Source: Felis catus (Eukaryota). From it: 64,000 bases of DNA. The DNA is taken from NCBI RefSeq assembly GCF_018350175.1, contig NC_058368.1, positions 178,252,001-178,316,000 on the forward strand, given 5' to 3'. Position numbers and translations under genes: made by a program. This document shows positions 10,638 to 23,089 of the stretch, one piece after another. The stretch's first letter is position 1. Each line of letters begins with the position of its first letter. The notes beneath the pieces are model-generated. The model worked only from the letters and a program-made list of their open reading frames with translations. It did not search any database and was not told the origin of the DNA.

Positions 10638-12646
10638 AGGATTTTTATCTTTAAAGCAAAGGGAAGGAGAGTTACCAAGTTTATAATTCCCCCAAACCAG
10701 AAACTCACCCAAGTGTAATTAACATTAAAATAAACAACAAATTGTTAGCATGTTGACACAATGAAATGTTGCACAGCAATTCGAATGAGTTAACTACCCC
10801 AGCGTCCAACAATATGGATGAACATAGACTGCAAAATGCATGTGCGCTGTTACAAGTCAGGAGAGCCGTTATCTTGGGGGACAGGTGACTGGGTTGGAGT
10901 GAATAGGGACTTCTGGGATGCTGTAATGGTCCTCCTCTTCTTTTTTTTTTTTTTTTTAAATCTTGGTATTTGTTACACGGGTTCTGGTGCATATTATGGT
11001 TCAATGAGAGGTTTTTGTTGCTGTTTGTTTTGTTGTGTTTGTTTTTCGTAGATACAGAAAGACCTGCCAGGAGACGGTTGCAACTGGCTGAAAAACGTTA
11101 ACTTTGAAGGAGACCAATGAGGGGCAGATTTCCAGTCTCTCCAGCAGATAGAGTCCACCAGACCTGCTGATGTAGGGCAGGGGAGCGTGAGCGAAAGGGA
11201 TCGAGAGGTGATGAGGAAGCTCTTCCAGGCTTGAGCAATTGGGTGGGTGTGTTGGAACTGGGGTGTGCAGTGGGGAGGGTTGGAAGGGGGCTTGTCACAC
11301 CTCCCTCTGTCTCCTGGTGGGAGCAATGGGCTGTTCCAGGGATGGGTTTGGTTAGTGCTGATGTACCTTTGGCTCAATTGTAAGTCAATAACCTGATGAT
11401 CAGTGCTGGAAAAAGAGCTGGTTACCACCCTTGCTTTCTACACATCTCACCTTCTTAGAATAGTTCAGACTTATTCTCCAAACTCAACAACTTTTTGTGG
11501 CAGGGTTCCTGGATGCTTGTCAAAGGGACAGAACGTATTTGTTCTCTTTGTAGGTACTATGCCAGGTACTTGGGCACATGGGGGTAATAGCTTCAGATGT
11601 TTCTCCTGATTCTAGATGTTAGGAGGAGAGGAAGGGACCTTTAAAGAGAGCCTCTCAGTGCAAGTTGCTGTGTCCAGTGATTTCATACCCTGCATTATAT
11701 ACTCCTTAAATAACCTCACCAGGATTACTCGATAAATACCCATCATTACGGCTTGGTTATTAGTCATCAAGTAACAAAGCTGGAATTTGAACTATGTCTG
11801 TTTTTTATTTTGCCGTGCTGATTCTGTCTGATCAAAGATGAAGGTAAGGGGATCAATGGTGTCTCACAGGGTAAGGGAGGCCACCCTCACGTCTCAGTCT
11901 CCATGATGTCAGCAGGGAACCCCCAACGCTTAGGAAGTGCTTGGAGATCTCCAAAAGAGGGCAGCTCTGAGATTGTGTTTTGCCATTTTTAAAAAACATT
12001 TACCCATAATGTCTCTTTATAGGATAATAAAAATGAACCATCTGTGGTTCATTGGGAAACATGTCTCAGGCTTATTAAAAATATATGAATTTTTATTTTA
12101 AGATGGGATGGCCATATTATTCAAAATTGTAAGCCAAAATGTATTATCTATTATTAATTTATTTTTAATAGACATCTTTCTTATAGATTAGCATTCTAAT
12201 TACTTCTGAAAAAGTGGGCAGCAGCGAGGCGAGGTTTCCAATTAAAATTGTCCTGAAGACAAATGGAGGGCTTGGGCTGAGAGACGTCACTCTTTCCCCG
12301 TCTGGGAGCAATCACATCTGTCACCCCCAGAGGGGCCAGGCCAGGCTGTCCGTTTGTGCTAGATCGGCCCCAAGAGTTTGAGGTTCTCCTCAGGAGTGAA
12401 TGGGGGTGCTTCCAATGGTGCTTTCTGGAAAGGGCTGCACAGGTGAAGGTGAAGGCCATGGGGAGAGCCGCCTCCAGTTCTGTTGCTTTCCCTCCTTTCA
12501 GCTGCCTGCCCTTCCTAAGGCCCCTACACTGCCTGCCTGCTCGTCCCTCTCCAGGCAAAACCCCAAGTGCCTGCTGCAGTCGCTGGAGAGTGTGTGGGCT
12601 CTTTCAAACCCTTGTGTAATTGAAACATCTCTGCATTTATGGGTTT

Positions 12647-12840
12647 AAAAAAATTTTTAATGTTTATTTACTTTTGGGGGGGGGTAAGGGGCAGAGAGAG
12701 GGAGACGCAGAATCTGAAGCAGGCTCCAGGCTCTGAGCTGTCAGCACAGAGCCCAACGTGGGGCTTGAACTTACGAACTGTGAGATCATGACCTGAGCCG
12801 AAGCCGGGCGCTCAGCTGACTGAGCCACCCAGGCGCCCCC
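12647..12840 (-). mobile_element. CAN-SINE (SINEC_Fc2-like)
   Basis: AGCAGGCTCCAGGCTCTGAGCTGTCAGCACAGAGCCC...TGAGCCACCCAGGCGCCCC, with a T-rich tail on the left. Confidence 0.95.
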
Positions 12841-14549
12841 ACGTTTATAGTTTGATTGAAGCTCAGTCACATCACTTCCAATCAGGTCATGTTGATGGCA
12901 AGCCTTCTGCTGTCGGATATTTGAATCTGTCAACTGGAGACGTGGAAAGGGTTGGATGCTGTGCAGAGGGAGTGTGGCTTGAATCCCATGCCTGTCACAC
13001 ACTCGTGTGGCTTCCACAATTTCATTGCCTGCCCAATGGTATTTCCTCATATGTGAAGGACACTCACTACTTAGGGTCTTCCCAAGGTTTAGGTGGATAC
13101 CCAGAAGTGTGCATTTAGTCGGTGTGCAACAGGTGTGGTTCCTGCCTTTTCCCCTCCTGTCCGTGTGTGGACTGGGTCACTCTGCTGGGTGTCGGTCTGG
13201 CACCACTTTTATGGGACAATGTGTAGGAGGTCTGGCCCCTTCCAAGAAAGACCAGCATAGGGCAAAGCACACTGAACAACATCCCTCAATCCCCTGGTTC
13301 GGTGTTCTTTGCTGGGCTGGACATTTCCATTCTCTGGGCTTCAGTTCCTTCTGTAGTAAAAGGGGTGGGGTGGACAGGGACCCTGCCTTTCTACTTTGTA
13401 GCCTTACCAGTACTCTGTATTTTTAATTTACTAATCAGTTATGGATCTAGTCTTCAGAAACCTCTCCAAAGTCACCTTGAACCTATGCTATTTTCCGTTT
13501 ATATTAATTTTCTCTCAAGATACTGAGTTTTATTAAGTTTATTACTTTTGGGTGAGTCAGAGTTCTTTTCATCAGTCTAGTTTACTTCTTTTAACCCTCT
13601 GATTTTACTATATTTTAGATTTTCTCAACATTCTTGTACTTGTTTAACAAGCACGTAAATAAGTCCATGCTCTCTGTATTCAGATTTTAGGAAAAAGATG
13701 TGTAGAAAAGAAGTTTAATGAATTCCTACTATGTGAAGATATGCCGAGTGCTTTCACTATTTGTGAAATCTCCTTTTATCTTTCCAGAAATCTGGGGAGG
13801 TGATGTAGGGATCCTCAGTTTGCCATTGGACAAGCTAAGACTCAGAAAGCTTGTGTGACTCTCCCAGGGTCCCATAGGGAGCAAGCGCTTGTTCCGGGAT
13901 CTGGAGCCAGATCTTTTTGCAATGAACGTTGTAATGCTGTAGTGTTGTGCCTGGCTTCTTTCCGCTTTCCTTCTCTTCTTTATACATTGGAGAGATGCAA
14001 GTTATTATTCCCCAGAGTTCCTCAGGACCGATTCTTCACATCTTCAGACCTGGAAGATTTTTTAAAAGCCTCCCTATCTCGTCTAAAGTGCAGACTCGAT
14101 AGGAAGGGGTCTCCAGGGCTCCCATCCAGCAGCTTGCTTCTTTCCTGTTGCACTTGACCGAGGAGGGATCTTAGGATAAAGTGCTGTGATTGCCTCAACT
14201 TAATTCAGACCCGGCCGAGTAGCAGCCCGCACATTTAACACCATGCATGTTTAATTGCATCTGGCCGATGAGTGCGTTGCATGTTTGGGTATCTTAGGTG
14301 GTTCTTGGGGAAAACTGAGGGCATGTATATCAAGCAATTTTTGAATTATGTCTCTATTAGCATCTGTGAATGTCTCCCCGGGGGAAGCCAGGAAAGCTCT
14401 ATTAGCAGAGCAGTTTAAAACAGGATTGGAGGAAGCAGTAGGGGAATATCCCGTAGGGAACAATAATTATAAACAGCACTTCCATGTAAACAGGTCTTAA
14501 TGTGTTTTCTATATTGAATTCCTGAGAGTGAGACTCTTGGGTGGTGTCT

Positions 14550-14567
14550 CAGCGCCCCCTCCAGGGA
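14550..14567 (-). promoter_or_regulatory. Candidate CTCF-binding motif
   Basis: Reverse strand TCCCTGGAGGGGGCGCTG closely matches the CTCF core CCASYAGRKGGCRS, with the CpG retained. Confidence 0.55.
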
Positions 14568-14729
14568 ACTTAAGTAGAAGGCTTAGTGGACCCCTTTACC
14601 TCCCTGGGCACCAGAATCTTCTCAAACCATGGCAATGCTGAGTTGTAGGCAACATGATCATAAAGGCGTTGTTGTGTGACCTTGGGCAAGTCACTTCCTC
14701 CCTCTGGGCCCTTGTAGAGTTATTTATAA

Positions 14730-14920
14730 AGTGTTAGCACTAAGCCAAATGCTCTCATACAATTCATGTCAATTAATTCTCCCAACATCCTACAAGGTGG
14801 GTTATAGTACCCCATTTTACAGATTAGGAGAGTAAGTCTCATGGGAGTTAAGAACCTTGTGCAAAGTCATTAGTCAGCAAATGGCAGAAGTGGGGTTTGA
14901 ATTCTGGCTTCTGACTCCAA
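14730..14920 (-). mobile_element. MIR SINE
   Basis: CCCATTTTACAGATTAGGAG...GGCAGAAGTGGGGTTTGAATTCTGGCTTCTGACTCCA, the reverse MIR core. Confidence 0.8.
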
Positions 14921-17642
14921 TTCCAGGGTTACTTCCAAGACTCCAGATCATTTCCGTGACTTTTAGGGTCTTGTCCAGCTAAACATTCTATGAAATATAC
15001 CTTTTTGGTAGCAGAAGTTTGGTGATCTCATCTTGACTTTTGCAACCCTCCCTCAACTTACTTAGGCTCTGGCAGCCATGGGGACAGATATATTTCTCAT
15101 TAGTTCTATGTTTTATGGCTGCTGCTGACTTCAGTGTTCTAGGGTGTATGGCTCAGGCCAGTGTACCCATTTGACATCCTAACTGAGGGTTGGTTGTCAC
15201 GGTGATGGTGGTATAGAGAAATGTGGCCCTGGCTGGGTCATATCCCTTCTGTCTACCTCGACAGCTAGTATATCACGTGTTTTCCTGTGAAATCATGAGA
15301 TCATGATTCAAGTTTGGATGGATCTTGGATGTTATCAATGGTTTTCAAACTCCTATTAAGGCAAGGAATTCTTTAATGAAAAGCAATTTTGCATGGAGGC
15401 TAAGTAAAATAGATGAAAGCAATTAGATGCTGGGGTTAAAGAGGGAGAGCAGGAGAATGTTTTGTTTTGTTTTGTTTTTTCCTTCCCCAAATCCTGTATG
15501 GTCCTCCTTCTGGAAATTTTATAGATCAGCATTTGGAAACCACCGATCTAATTCAACCTGCTCATTTTATGGTTGGCTAAGGTAAACCCAGAGAGGAATG
15601 TGGATGTTGCCGAGGGACAAGGCTGAGGCTGGAGTTGAGGGCTATGGACATGCTGCCTGGGGCTCTTTCAAAAACAAAGAAGTACCAATGAGGTGTCCAG
15701 GGTTGGGCTTGAAAGCATTCCCAAGCATGAGCAGGGATGGCCATTAATTTGTGCATTAATCCATTCATTCACCAGCTTTCACTGAGTATCTAGTTGTCAA
15801 GTAGGAGAGCTTGCTCTATTCTTGGAATGTTCTCTGAAATATCAAGGGATTACTCCCAGGGCAGCCCAGAGGGGGGAAAAGAAAGCTTGTCAATAATTAG
15901 GATGTGTATTAAGAAGGGAATGTAGAGGTCTGGAGAAGGAGCCAAGCTGTGGAGGAAAACGAAGGCCCAGTGGAGGGGAGCGAAAAATAACTCTGTGTAT
16001 GGTGTGGGATGTGGAGTCTTTGCTGGAAGGCTTGGCCTTAGTCCCCCAAATGTATCCCAAGGTGTGAGGAAGCTTTGCAGGTAAACCTCGTTATTTGTTC
16101 ATTCATTGAACACTTCTTGAGCATCTAGAACGTGTTGGGCACCATGTTGGGCAGAAGGAGTGTGTGTTGAACAGGGCAGGCGTACTCTCTTCACAGACAG
16201 CCCCTCCTCAAGTCTCCTCTTTGTCGTCAGGATAAAGGCATTTGTTCATTCATTCAACAAATGTTTGTTCTTGGTGCCAGAAGTAACTCTTCTCTCAAAG
16301 CTGATTCCCTCGGGGGGTGCAGCTTAGAGTGTCTCATGAGGGGGAAAGGTCACCCCAACCATGTTCTCTCTAGTTTTTAAAATAAGCAAATGTGAAAGCA
16401 GGTAATAGCCTAAAGCCAGTATACTATGTTAGTACCATAATTTAAAAACAATTTTTTTTTTTACTCAGGCTCTTCACACACAGATTCACGGACAGGATGA
16501 TTGCCTAAGTGGGGATCTGCTTTTCAGGGGTAGTTGGAGCTCAGTCAGTGTGCAGAAGGGTATGCTTTGATGGAGGTGGATTAAAAGCCAGGAAGTCAGG
16601 AGAGGATGCACAGAAAGACCAGCCCAAGTGGGCGTCCCAGTGGAAGGGCCTGAGTCACTTGAGAGAGGTTGAGAGCCTGGGGCTGGAGAGAGAGAAGATG
16701 GGGTGGTGGGGTAGAGGGGTAAGCATGGAGAGGGAGGGTGAAGGCAGAGAGGAGGAACCTATGAAGAGCTTTGACTTTTTCACCTTTGAATATTGCCTGG
16801 AGGGAAATAAAGGAACAATACTGCAGTGCTCACTTATTTCAAGGGCATGGGATCAGTGGCGTGCCTTGCTGAATAGACTACACAAGTGACTACGTGTGTG
16901 CCATTGAACTCTGACTTCAGAAAGCCTCAGATGCCCAGTTGGAGAGATGCCTGAGGAGGAAGTAATGAGACAGACTGCCCTTTCCAACCAGGTGTGTGGC
17001 ATCGGAGACAAAAGCAGGGTTCCTCCCTGGGGCTGGTTTGGCTGGGGAAAGCAGGGGGGTGGAGGGGGGTGGAGTTCTGGCTACAGCTCAGGTGCGAAGT
17101 CGGCTCCTAGAACTTTCTTTTGCAGCATACGGTCTCTAGAGACTGGAGTACAAAGAGCAGTTGGTAAGCGTTAATAAGCTAAGCGGACTCCTAAAAGCTG
17201 ATGATTGTAGGCTGGAACTCACTGGACCCCCAGGTGAAGGCTGGAGGATCCAGAGAGCTGAGAATGCACTGAATCCACTTCCTGTGGCTGCCTCCCGCCC
17301 TTTCTCACTCCTGCCTCTTCACCCTCTCCCCAGTTCTGACCATTTCTCTCTTCCTTCCTCTTTCCTTCTGCCCCTCACCTTCCTATCTTGTCTCTCCCAT
17401 TCTCCTTTCTCTCCAGGTTCTTCTGTAGTTGAAAATATGATAGACTTTCTCAGCAGGTTCAGTTTATTCCTTAAGCACATGCTATATTTACTTTTCTTAA
17501 TATAAAATCAGGTGGTGATCCTTCTATGTCCATAGCAGGAATCTGAGCACTGGTGTCACAGCAGTACTTGGCCCTGGGGACAATGTGGGACTGGGATGGT
17601 AGGCCAACTATCACTTTGTTTGTATGGTAGGGGATTGTTTCT

Positions 17643-17876
17643 TTCTTTTTTTTTTAAGTTTATTTATTTCGAGAGAGAGAGAGCATGAGCATACATACAC
17701 CTCCCGCGTGCCCATAAGTGGGGAGGGTCAGAGAGAGAGGGAGAGAGAGAGAGAATCCCAAGCAGGCGCTGCACTGTAAGGGTGGAGCCCACCTCGGGGT
17801 TCGAACTCATGAACCGTGAGATCATGACCTGAGCTGAAGTCAGATGCTTAACCGACTGAGCCACCCAGGCCCCCCT
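17643..17876 (-). mobile_element. CAN-SINE (SINEC_Fc3-like)
   Basis: GAGAGAATCCCAAGCAGGCGCTGCACTG...GAACCGTGAGATCATGACCTGAGCTGAAGTCAGATGCTTAACCGACTGAGCCACCCAGG. Confidence 0.95.
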
Positions 17877-18409
17877 GGAATGGTTTCTGAGCACAGAATG
17901 CATCCTCCTGATGCAGAATGCATTTCTGTCCTCTTGGAGGTCATACAAGTAGAAAGTTCTAGACACAGAACTGGGAGCCCATTCAGAGCAGGAGACAGGA
18001 TTGTCCTCGTGGGAGATGAGAGGCCTGAGGAAGACCCTCCTAGTTACCTTGAAAGATGTTTTCGGGACATCATAAGCCTCGGCAATGTAAAAATGATAAT
18101 ATAATTAACAGATTTGGTAGGTAGAGGGAGACGGGAAGAACAGAGGAAGTAAAAGTGTCCTCGTCTTCTGATATTAAAGAGAAGGTGGTCAGTAGATATT
18201 GTTCAAAGCCAATATTGAAGGAGTCAAGAATTAAGGACACCATTGAGAGTATAACAATATCGACAGAAGCATTAAAAATAATGAGACCCGGAGGTAGAAA
18301 GAGGAAAAAGAGAAGAGAGGTTTGAGGCTACGTCTGTAGAGGAGTAATCTACTTGGGTTCTTTTGTTTACTCAGTGGTGGGAGGGCATATGAACCCTGGG
18401 TATATATCT

Positions 18410-18512
18410 ATAGGTGTCAGCAAGGCCATGTTCCTTTAAAATTTTTTTAATGTTTATTTATTTTTGAGAGAGAGAGAGAGAGAGACAGAATGTGAGCATG
18501 GGGGGGGGGGGC

Positions 18513-18571
<59 letters not shown>

Positions 18572-19056
18572 CAGAATCTGAAGCAGGCTCCAGGCTCTGA
18601 GCTATCAGCACAGAGCCTGACGCGGGGCTCAAACTCACAGTAGGCGAGATCACGACCTGAGCTGAAGTTGGATGCTTACCCTACTGAGCCACCCAGGCGC
18701 CCCTGCCATGCTCCTTTTAAAGTCTCTGGGGGAGAATCCACTCCTGACCTCTCCCAGCTTCTCATGGCTGGCAGTGCTCCTTGCCTTGTGGCCGTCACTC
18801 CAACCCCTGCTTCTAGCTTCACATCACCACCTTCCCTTCTGTCTATGTCCGGTCTCTGCCTGCCCCTCTTTTATGACAGCATATAGGACTTACGATGACA
18901 TATGCAACCACCCAGGTAATCCAGGACACTTTCCTCATCTCAAGATCCTTAACTTAATCACATCTGCAAAGAACATTTTTCCTTATAAGGTGACATTCAT
19001 ATGTTCTAGGTTTAGGACAGGATGTCTTTGGGCGGCCATGATTCAGCTCACTACAA
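18410..19056 (-). mobile_element. MaLR solo LTR (MLT1C/D-like), interrupted by a SINE
   Basis: CATCTCAAGATCCTTAACTTAATCACATCTGCAAAG...TAAGGTGACATTCA...ATTCAGCTCACTACA is the reverse MLT1 5' end. The element continues on both sides of the SINE at 18441-18703. Confidence 0.88.
18441..18703 (-). mobile_element. CAN-SINE (SINEC_Fc2-like) with expanded (GA)n tract
   Basis: Typical SINEC body with a long (GA)n at about 18513-18567. TSD GCCATG(T/C)TCCTTT on both sides. Confidence 0.96.
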
Positions 19057-20410
19057 TCTAACTGCGTTAGGTTATGAATACTTTGCCAAGAGAAGGGTTA
19101 CAAATATTCAATGAGTAGAAACAGTGATATTATCAATGCTCCAGGCAAAGTTTAATTACAAATTTTCCTGCATTTGGACAACAGAAAGTGCTTGTAGTGG
19201 GACCAGAAGACTTGACTTGAGTCCTGAAATTGTTACTTTATAACCATGTGGCCTCGAAGCCAAAGCCTCAGAACTTCAGTTTTTTAAAAACTATGAAATT
19301 AGTTCAATAGCACTATAGGATCTTTATATCTCACAAGATTTCTCTGCTATCCAAGTTAAACACTTGATGGACGATGGGTGCCTATGCTATAAAGTACTAC
19401 ACAGGCACTAAGTCCGTAAGAAATCACTAAAGCTGGCTATATGTGCGTAGCTGGCTTCACATGAACCACATTTCAAATCTTTTGCCGTCAAGTAGACCCA
19501 GCCAACCTCTGGAGTAATAATTCATGTTTCATACAATTTAGAGTGCATAGAAAGACAACTGTTTCTAAAGACTCCAATAGACACACTTGGATTCTCATGG
19601 TTTCCCTGAGTTTGTGAAGTTATTACTATTACTGCTATTTTTTCGGGTGGTTTTCAAAGCCTCTGACATTCCTGATTCTATAAACAAGCTATGGTTAGAG
19701 ACATAGCGAAATTACCTTATGTTTAGATAGGTGTAAGATATGGCAGCAAGAGAACCCACTTTGAGAAACACCGATGTATGCCTCACTGTTACAGTTATGC
19801 CTGGACCTGTAACAGTAGGTCGCTTCCGCAGTTGCTGTAGCAGTGCCAGGAGACACGATGCTTTGGGGAAAGGGGACTCCCATCTGGCAGGGTGAAGTTG
19901 CCTCAGGCTGGCCCAGTGAGCAGCAGGTGAGACAGAGACAGAGAATTAACTGGTAATGGTCTCTGAACTTTCGGGGGGGGGGGTGGGCATTACTTGTCTG
20001 TCACCCGCACCCCTGCCTGATCTCCTCTCTGCAGTCCCTGCTGCCCTCACTTTGGCGGAATGGGTGAGGAGTCGGATTGATCTGCAGGCCATGGCAGTGA
20101 GGGCTGGGTGTGCACGGTGACACTGCATTCAAGGGGAAAGTCACCCCAGTCTGGTTTTTACTCTGGAAGTCTCACTGGCAACTTCCAAATCCCAAGGGAA
20201 GGACTGTACTGCCCAACAGGCCTGATGGACATGGGTTTTGTCTTTTTTTCTCTTATGAGCAGGGTATTCATTTGATTGGCATGATCTAAGGCTGAAAAAT
20301 AATTGAGATTTCAGGAAGTACCTGCTATGAGGCAGATAATAAGCTTGCTACTTTCCCATGTGCCACTTCATTCAATCCTTACAACAACAATCTGCAGCAT
20401 TTACTACTAC

Positions 20411-20840
20411 TGTTATGAGTTGAGTTGTGTCACCCAAAAAGAGATGTCGAAGTCATGAACCCTAGTACCTGTGAATGTGACCTTGTTGGAAATAGGATCT
20501 TTGCAGTTAAGGTGAGGTCAAGGTGGCCCTAATACAATACGGCTGCTGTCTTGTAGGAAGAGGGAAGTACTGAGTGAAGAAGAGACACACAGGGAGAAGA
20601 TGGTCATGTGCAGATGGAGACAGATTGCAGTGACAGTGTCATAAGCTCGGAAACACCTGGGGTTACCAGAAACTGGAAGAGGCCAGGGGAATTCTCCTCT
20701 AGAGGCTTAGAGGGAACACAGCCCTGCCAACTCCTTGCTTCTGGATTTCTAGCCTTCAGGACTGTGAAAGAAGACGTTTCTGTTGTTTTGAGCCACCTGC
20801 TTTGTATAATTTGTTACACTAGCCCTAGAGAATTAATACA
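20411..20840 (+). mobile_element. Full-length MaLR solo LTR (MLT1C-like) inserted in a MIR
   Basis: TGTTATGAGTTGAGTTGTGTCACCCAAAAAGAGATGTCGAAGTC...TTTCTGTTGTTTTGAGCCACC...GCCCTAGAGAATTAATACA with TG...CA ends. Flanks (about 20345-20410 and 20845-20975) are two halves of a reverse MIR. Confidence 0.92.
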
Positions 20841-23089
20841 ATCATCATCCTCATGTCTCCCTTTTTACAAGTGAGGAAAGTGAAAGCTGGGGAAGAAAAG
20901 GGTCTTGCCCACGGTCACACCACTGATAAATGGCACATCCAGGATTGGAACACAGCTCTTTTGACTCTAGGCCCAGTATCTAGACTCTTCTAAAATCACT
21001 AGTGGGAAATAAAATGAGAATAAGATGAGGCCCTAGGAAAGACTACCGACAGGTTCTTCAGAATTGTTCCCCTGCTCTCTTTAGAATGGCTTCATCCCAT
21101 TGGTCCTGGTGTACTCAACAGGAGGTGGTATTCTCCTCTTGGTACTCGAATGCGTGAGCAGAATTTCCCATGTCACATGCACAATAAAAATGGCATTTTG
21201 GACCATATGGGGAAGGCTGTAGTATAACAGGCTGTGTGGTGTAGACTTAAGGACAGACCACAGACGCCATCTTACTTGTTGAGCCACTTGGAATACAGGA
21301 TGGAGGGCAAAATTTTAGAGACAAACGTCTCCACCTTATTATTGCTGTATTTTTGGAAATTTTATCTAATTTCTCTAAACCTGTATTCTTTTTCCTTATA
21401 TAAAAGGAACAATGATATCTACTTTCCAGTGTTATTTAGTTTTTTTCCTTAGAGTGTTATTTTGAGGATTACATTAGCTCATGTACATAGAAGCACCTGG
21501 CACTATACCCAAGACACTGCAGGTGCTGAATAAATGTTAATTTCTTCCTTCACCTAAGGTTCCTGGAGGCAGTCTTAAACATATGCTTTCTACATTTCAC
21601 CCTAATCCCCTCATTACTATAACATTAGATGAGAATTGATATATTCCGTGGTAATAAAACCAAAAGCTGTAATATTGAGAAGCTAGAGCAGGGGAAGGGA
21701 GATGGTTATGTCTGGATATGGAAAGGAAGAGCAAGGCACTATTTTCCACGGCACCTTTAGCCTGAGAAGGAAGTTTCTCTGGAAATTTCTCTTATGTTAA
21801 TTTGTAATCTCAGTGGGTGTCTGCTTTGAAGCTTGGAACAGGGATGAAACACGTTTTTGGGATCTGGTGGTGAACAGGGGCTTTGCTCAATTTGTTATGG
21901 ACTGGCAGGCCGAGTTGGGAGCTCTAGAGAAGCACATATCAGGGGCCGGGCCTGGGAGAGTTCCTATGTGCACACAGAACTGTTCTACCAGATTGTTCAA
22001 TTTCAGGTGGTTTTCAAGAAAGAAGGAATTTTTTGAATGTGCTTCAGCTTCCAACATCTCAGGGAAACACAATCAATTTTAGCTGAAGCCTAGCATACAG
22101 GCCTGGCATATAGGGCAGATAAAGTGAAGATGGTTTTGTTGAAGCAGGGACATAGGGCGCAGGATCTGCCTTACTGCGCCCAGCACCAAACTGAAAACAA
22201 GGAAACGTTTGGGTCGCTTCAGAATGCCATGAAGCAGAGATTGAAAATCATCAATATTCTCATAAGGAAATTTAGACCCAGATAACAAATGACTTGACCA
22301 AATTTAAATAGAGAGTGATCATTGATAGGAACCAGGTCTCCTGATTCCTAATCCAGAGTTCATCCAACCACATTATCCTGCATTCAGTCTTCTGGTCTAC
22401 CTCAGCTTTGTACTTCAGCTGGTCCTTTGTCTACAAATGTATCTCATTATTATGTATAGTTAAGGCATATGATGCTTCTTGGAAGAGAAATTCTGTCTAC
22501 ACAACCTGATCCAGTTATGGAAGAACATACATCAAATACACGTTGTATATACATTGAATATAAATTACTGGAGGTTGGTTTTGTTTAATGCATTGCTCAC
22601 CAAAATTGGAATCTTTCCAGAAGTCTAATTTTACGTGATAAAAATTATATAAACACATGGTGTCCTATTGGGGACAAAATTTCGTAAGGAGGAAGAAAAT
22701 ACTCTTCATTTCTTGAGCTTCTTTAACTTTGGAAACCAAACTACTAACTTTGTAGTCATAAACAGCATGGTTAACCTGAATTTTTGACTACAGTCTCACT
22801 AAGGAATGGAAGCTAAAGTCACAGCTAATGAGGTGATTTTAGGGTAAGGATTCTTGTGAGGGTTGAGGGTGAAGGGGTGAAGGAGGGGAAGGAATTGGCA
22901 TTTGCTAATGATTAGCATTTCACAAAAGTTTTTAGCACTACAGTCTTCCCACCTGCTTCTTAACGTTCATCAACATAATGACTTCTAAAAGTCATTGACT
23001 TCTACCAACAACAGAGCTATCAGACACTCTGAGAGAGGACTGTGATGTTATGTGCTATTCTCACACAGCTAGTAATCCACCAAGACTCA

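Noticed and set aside
19781..19819. Hairpin containing TGTAACAG as a miR-194-like pre-miRNA
   Set aside because: Only the first 8 nt match miR-194, and the stem (about 13 bp) is far too short for a pre-miRNA.
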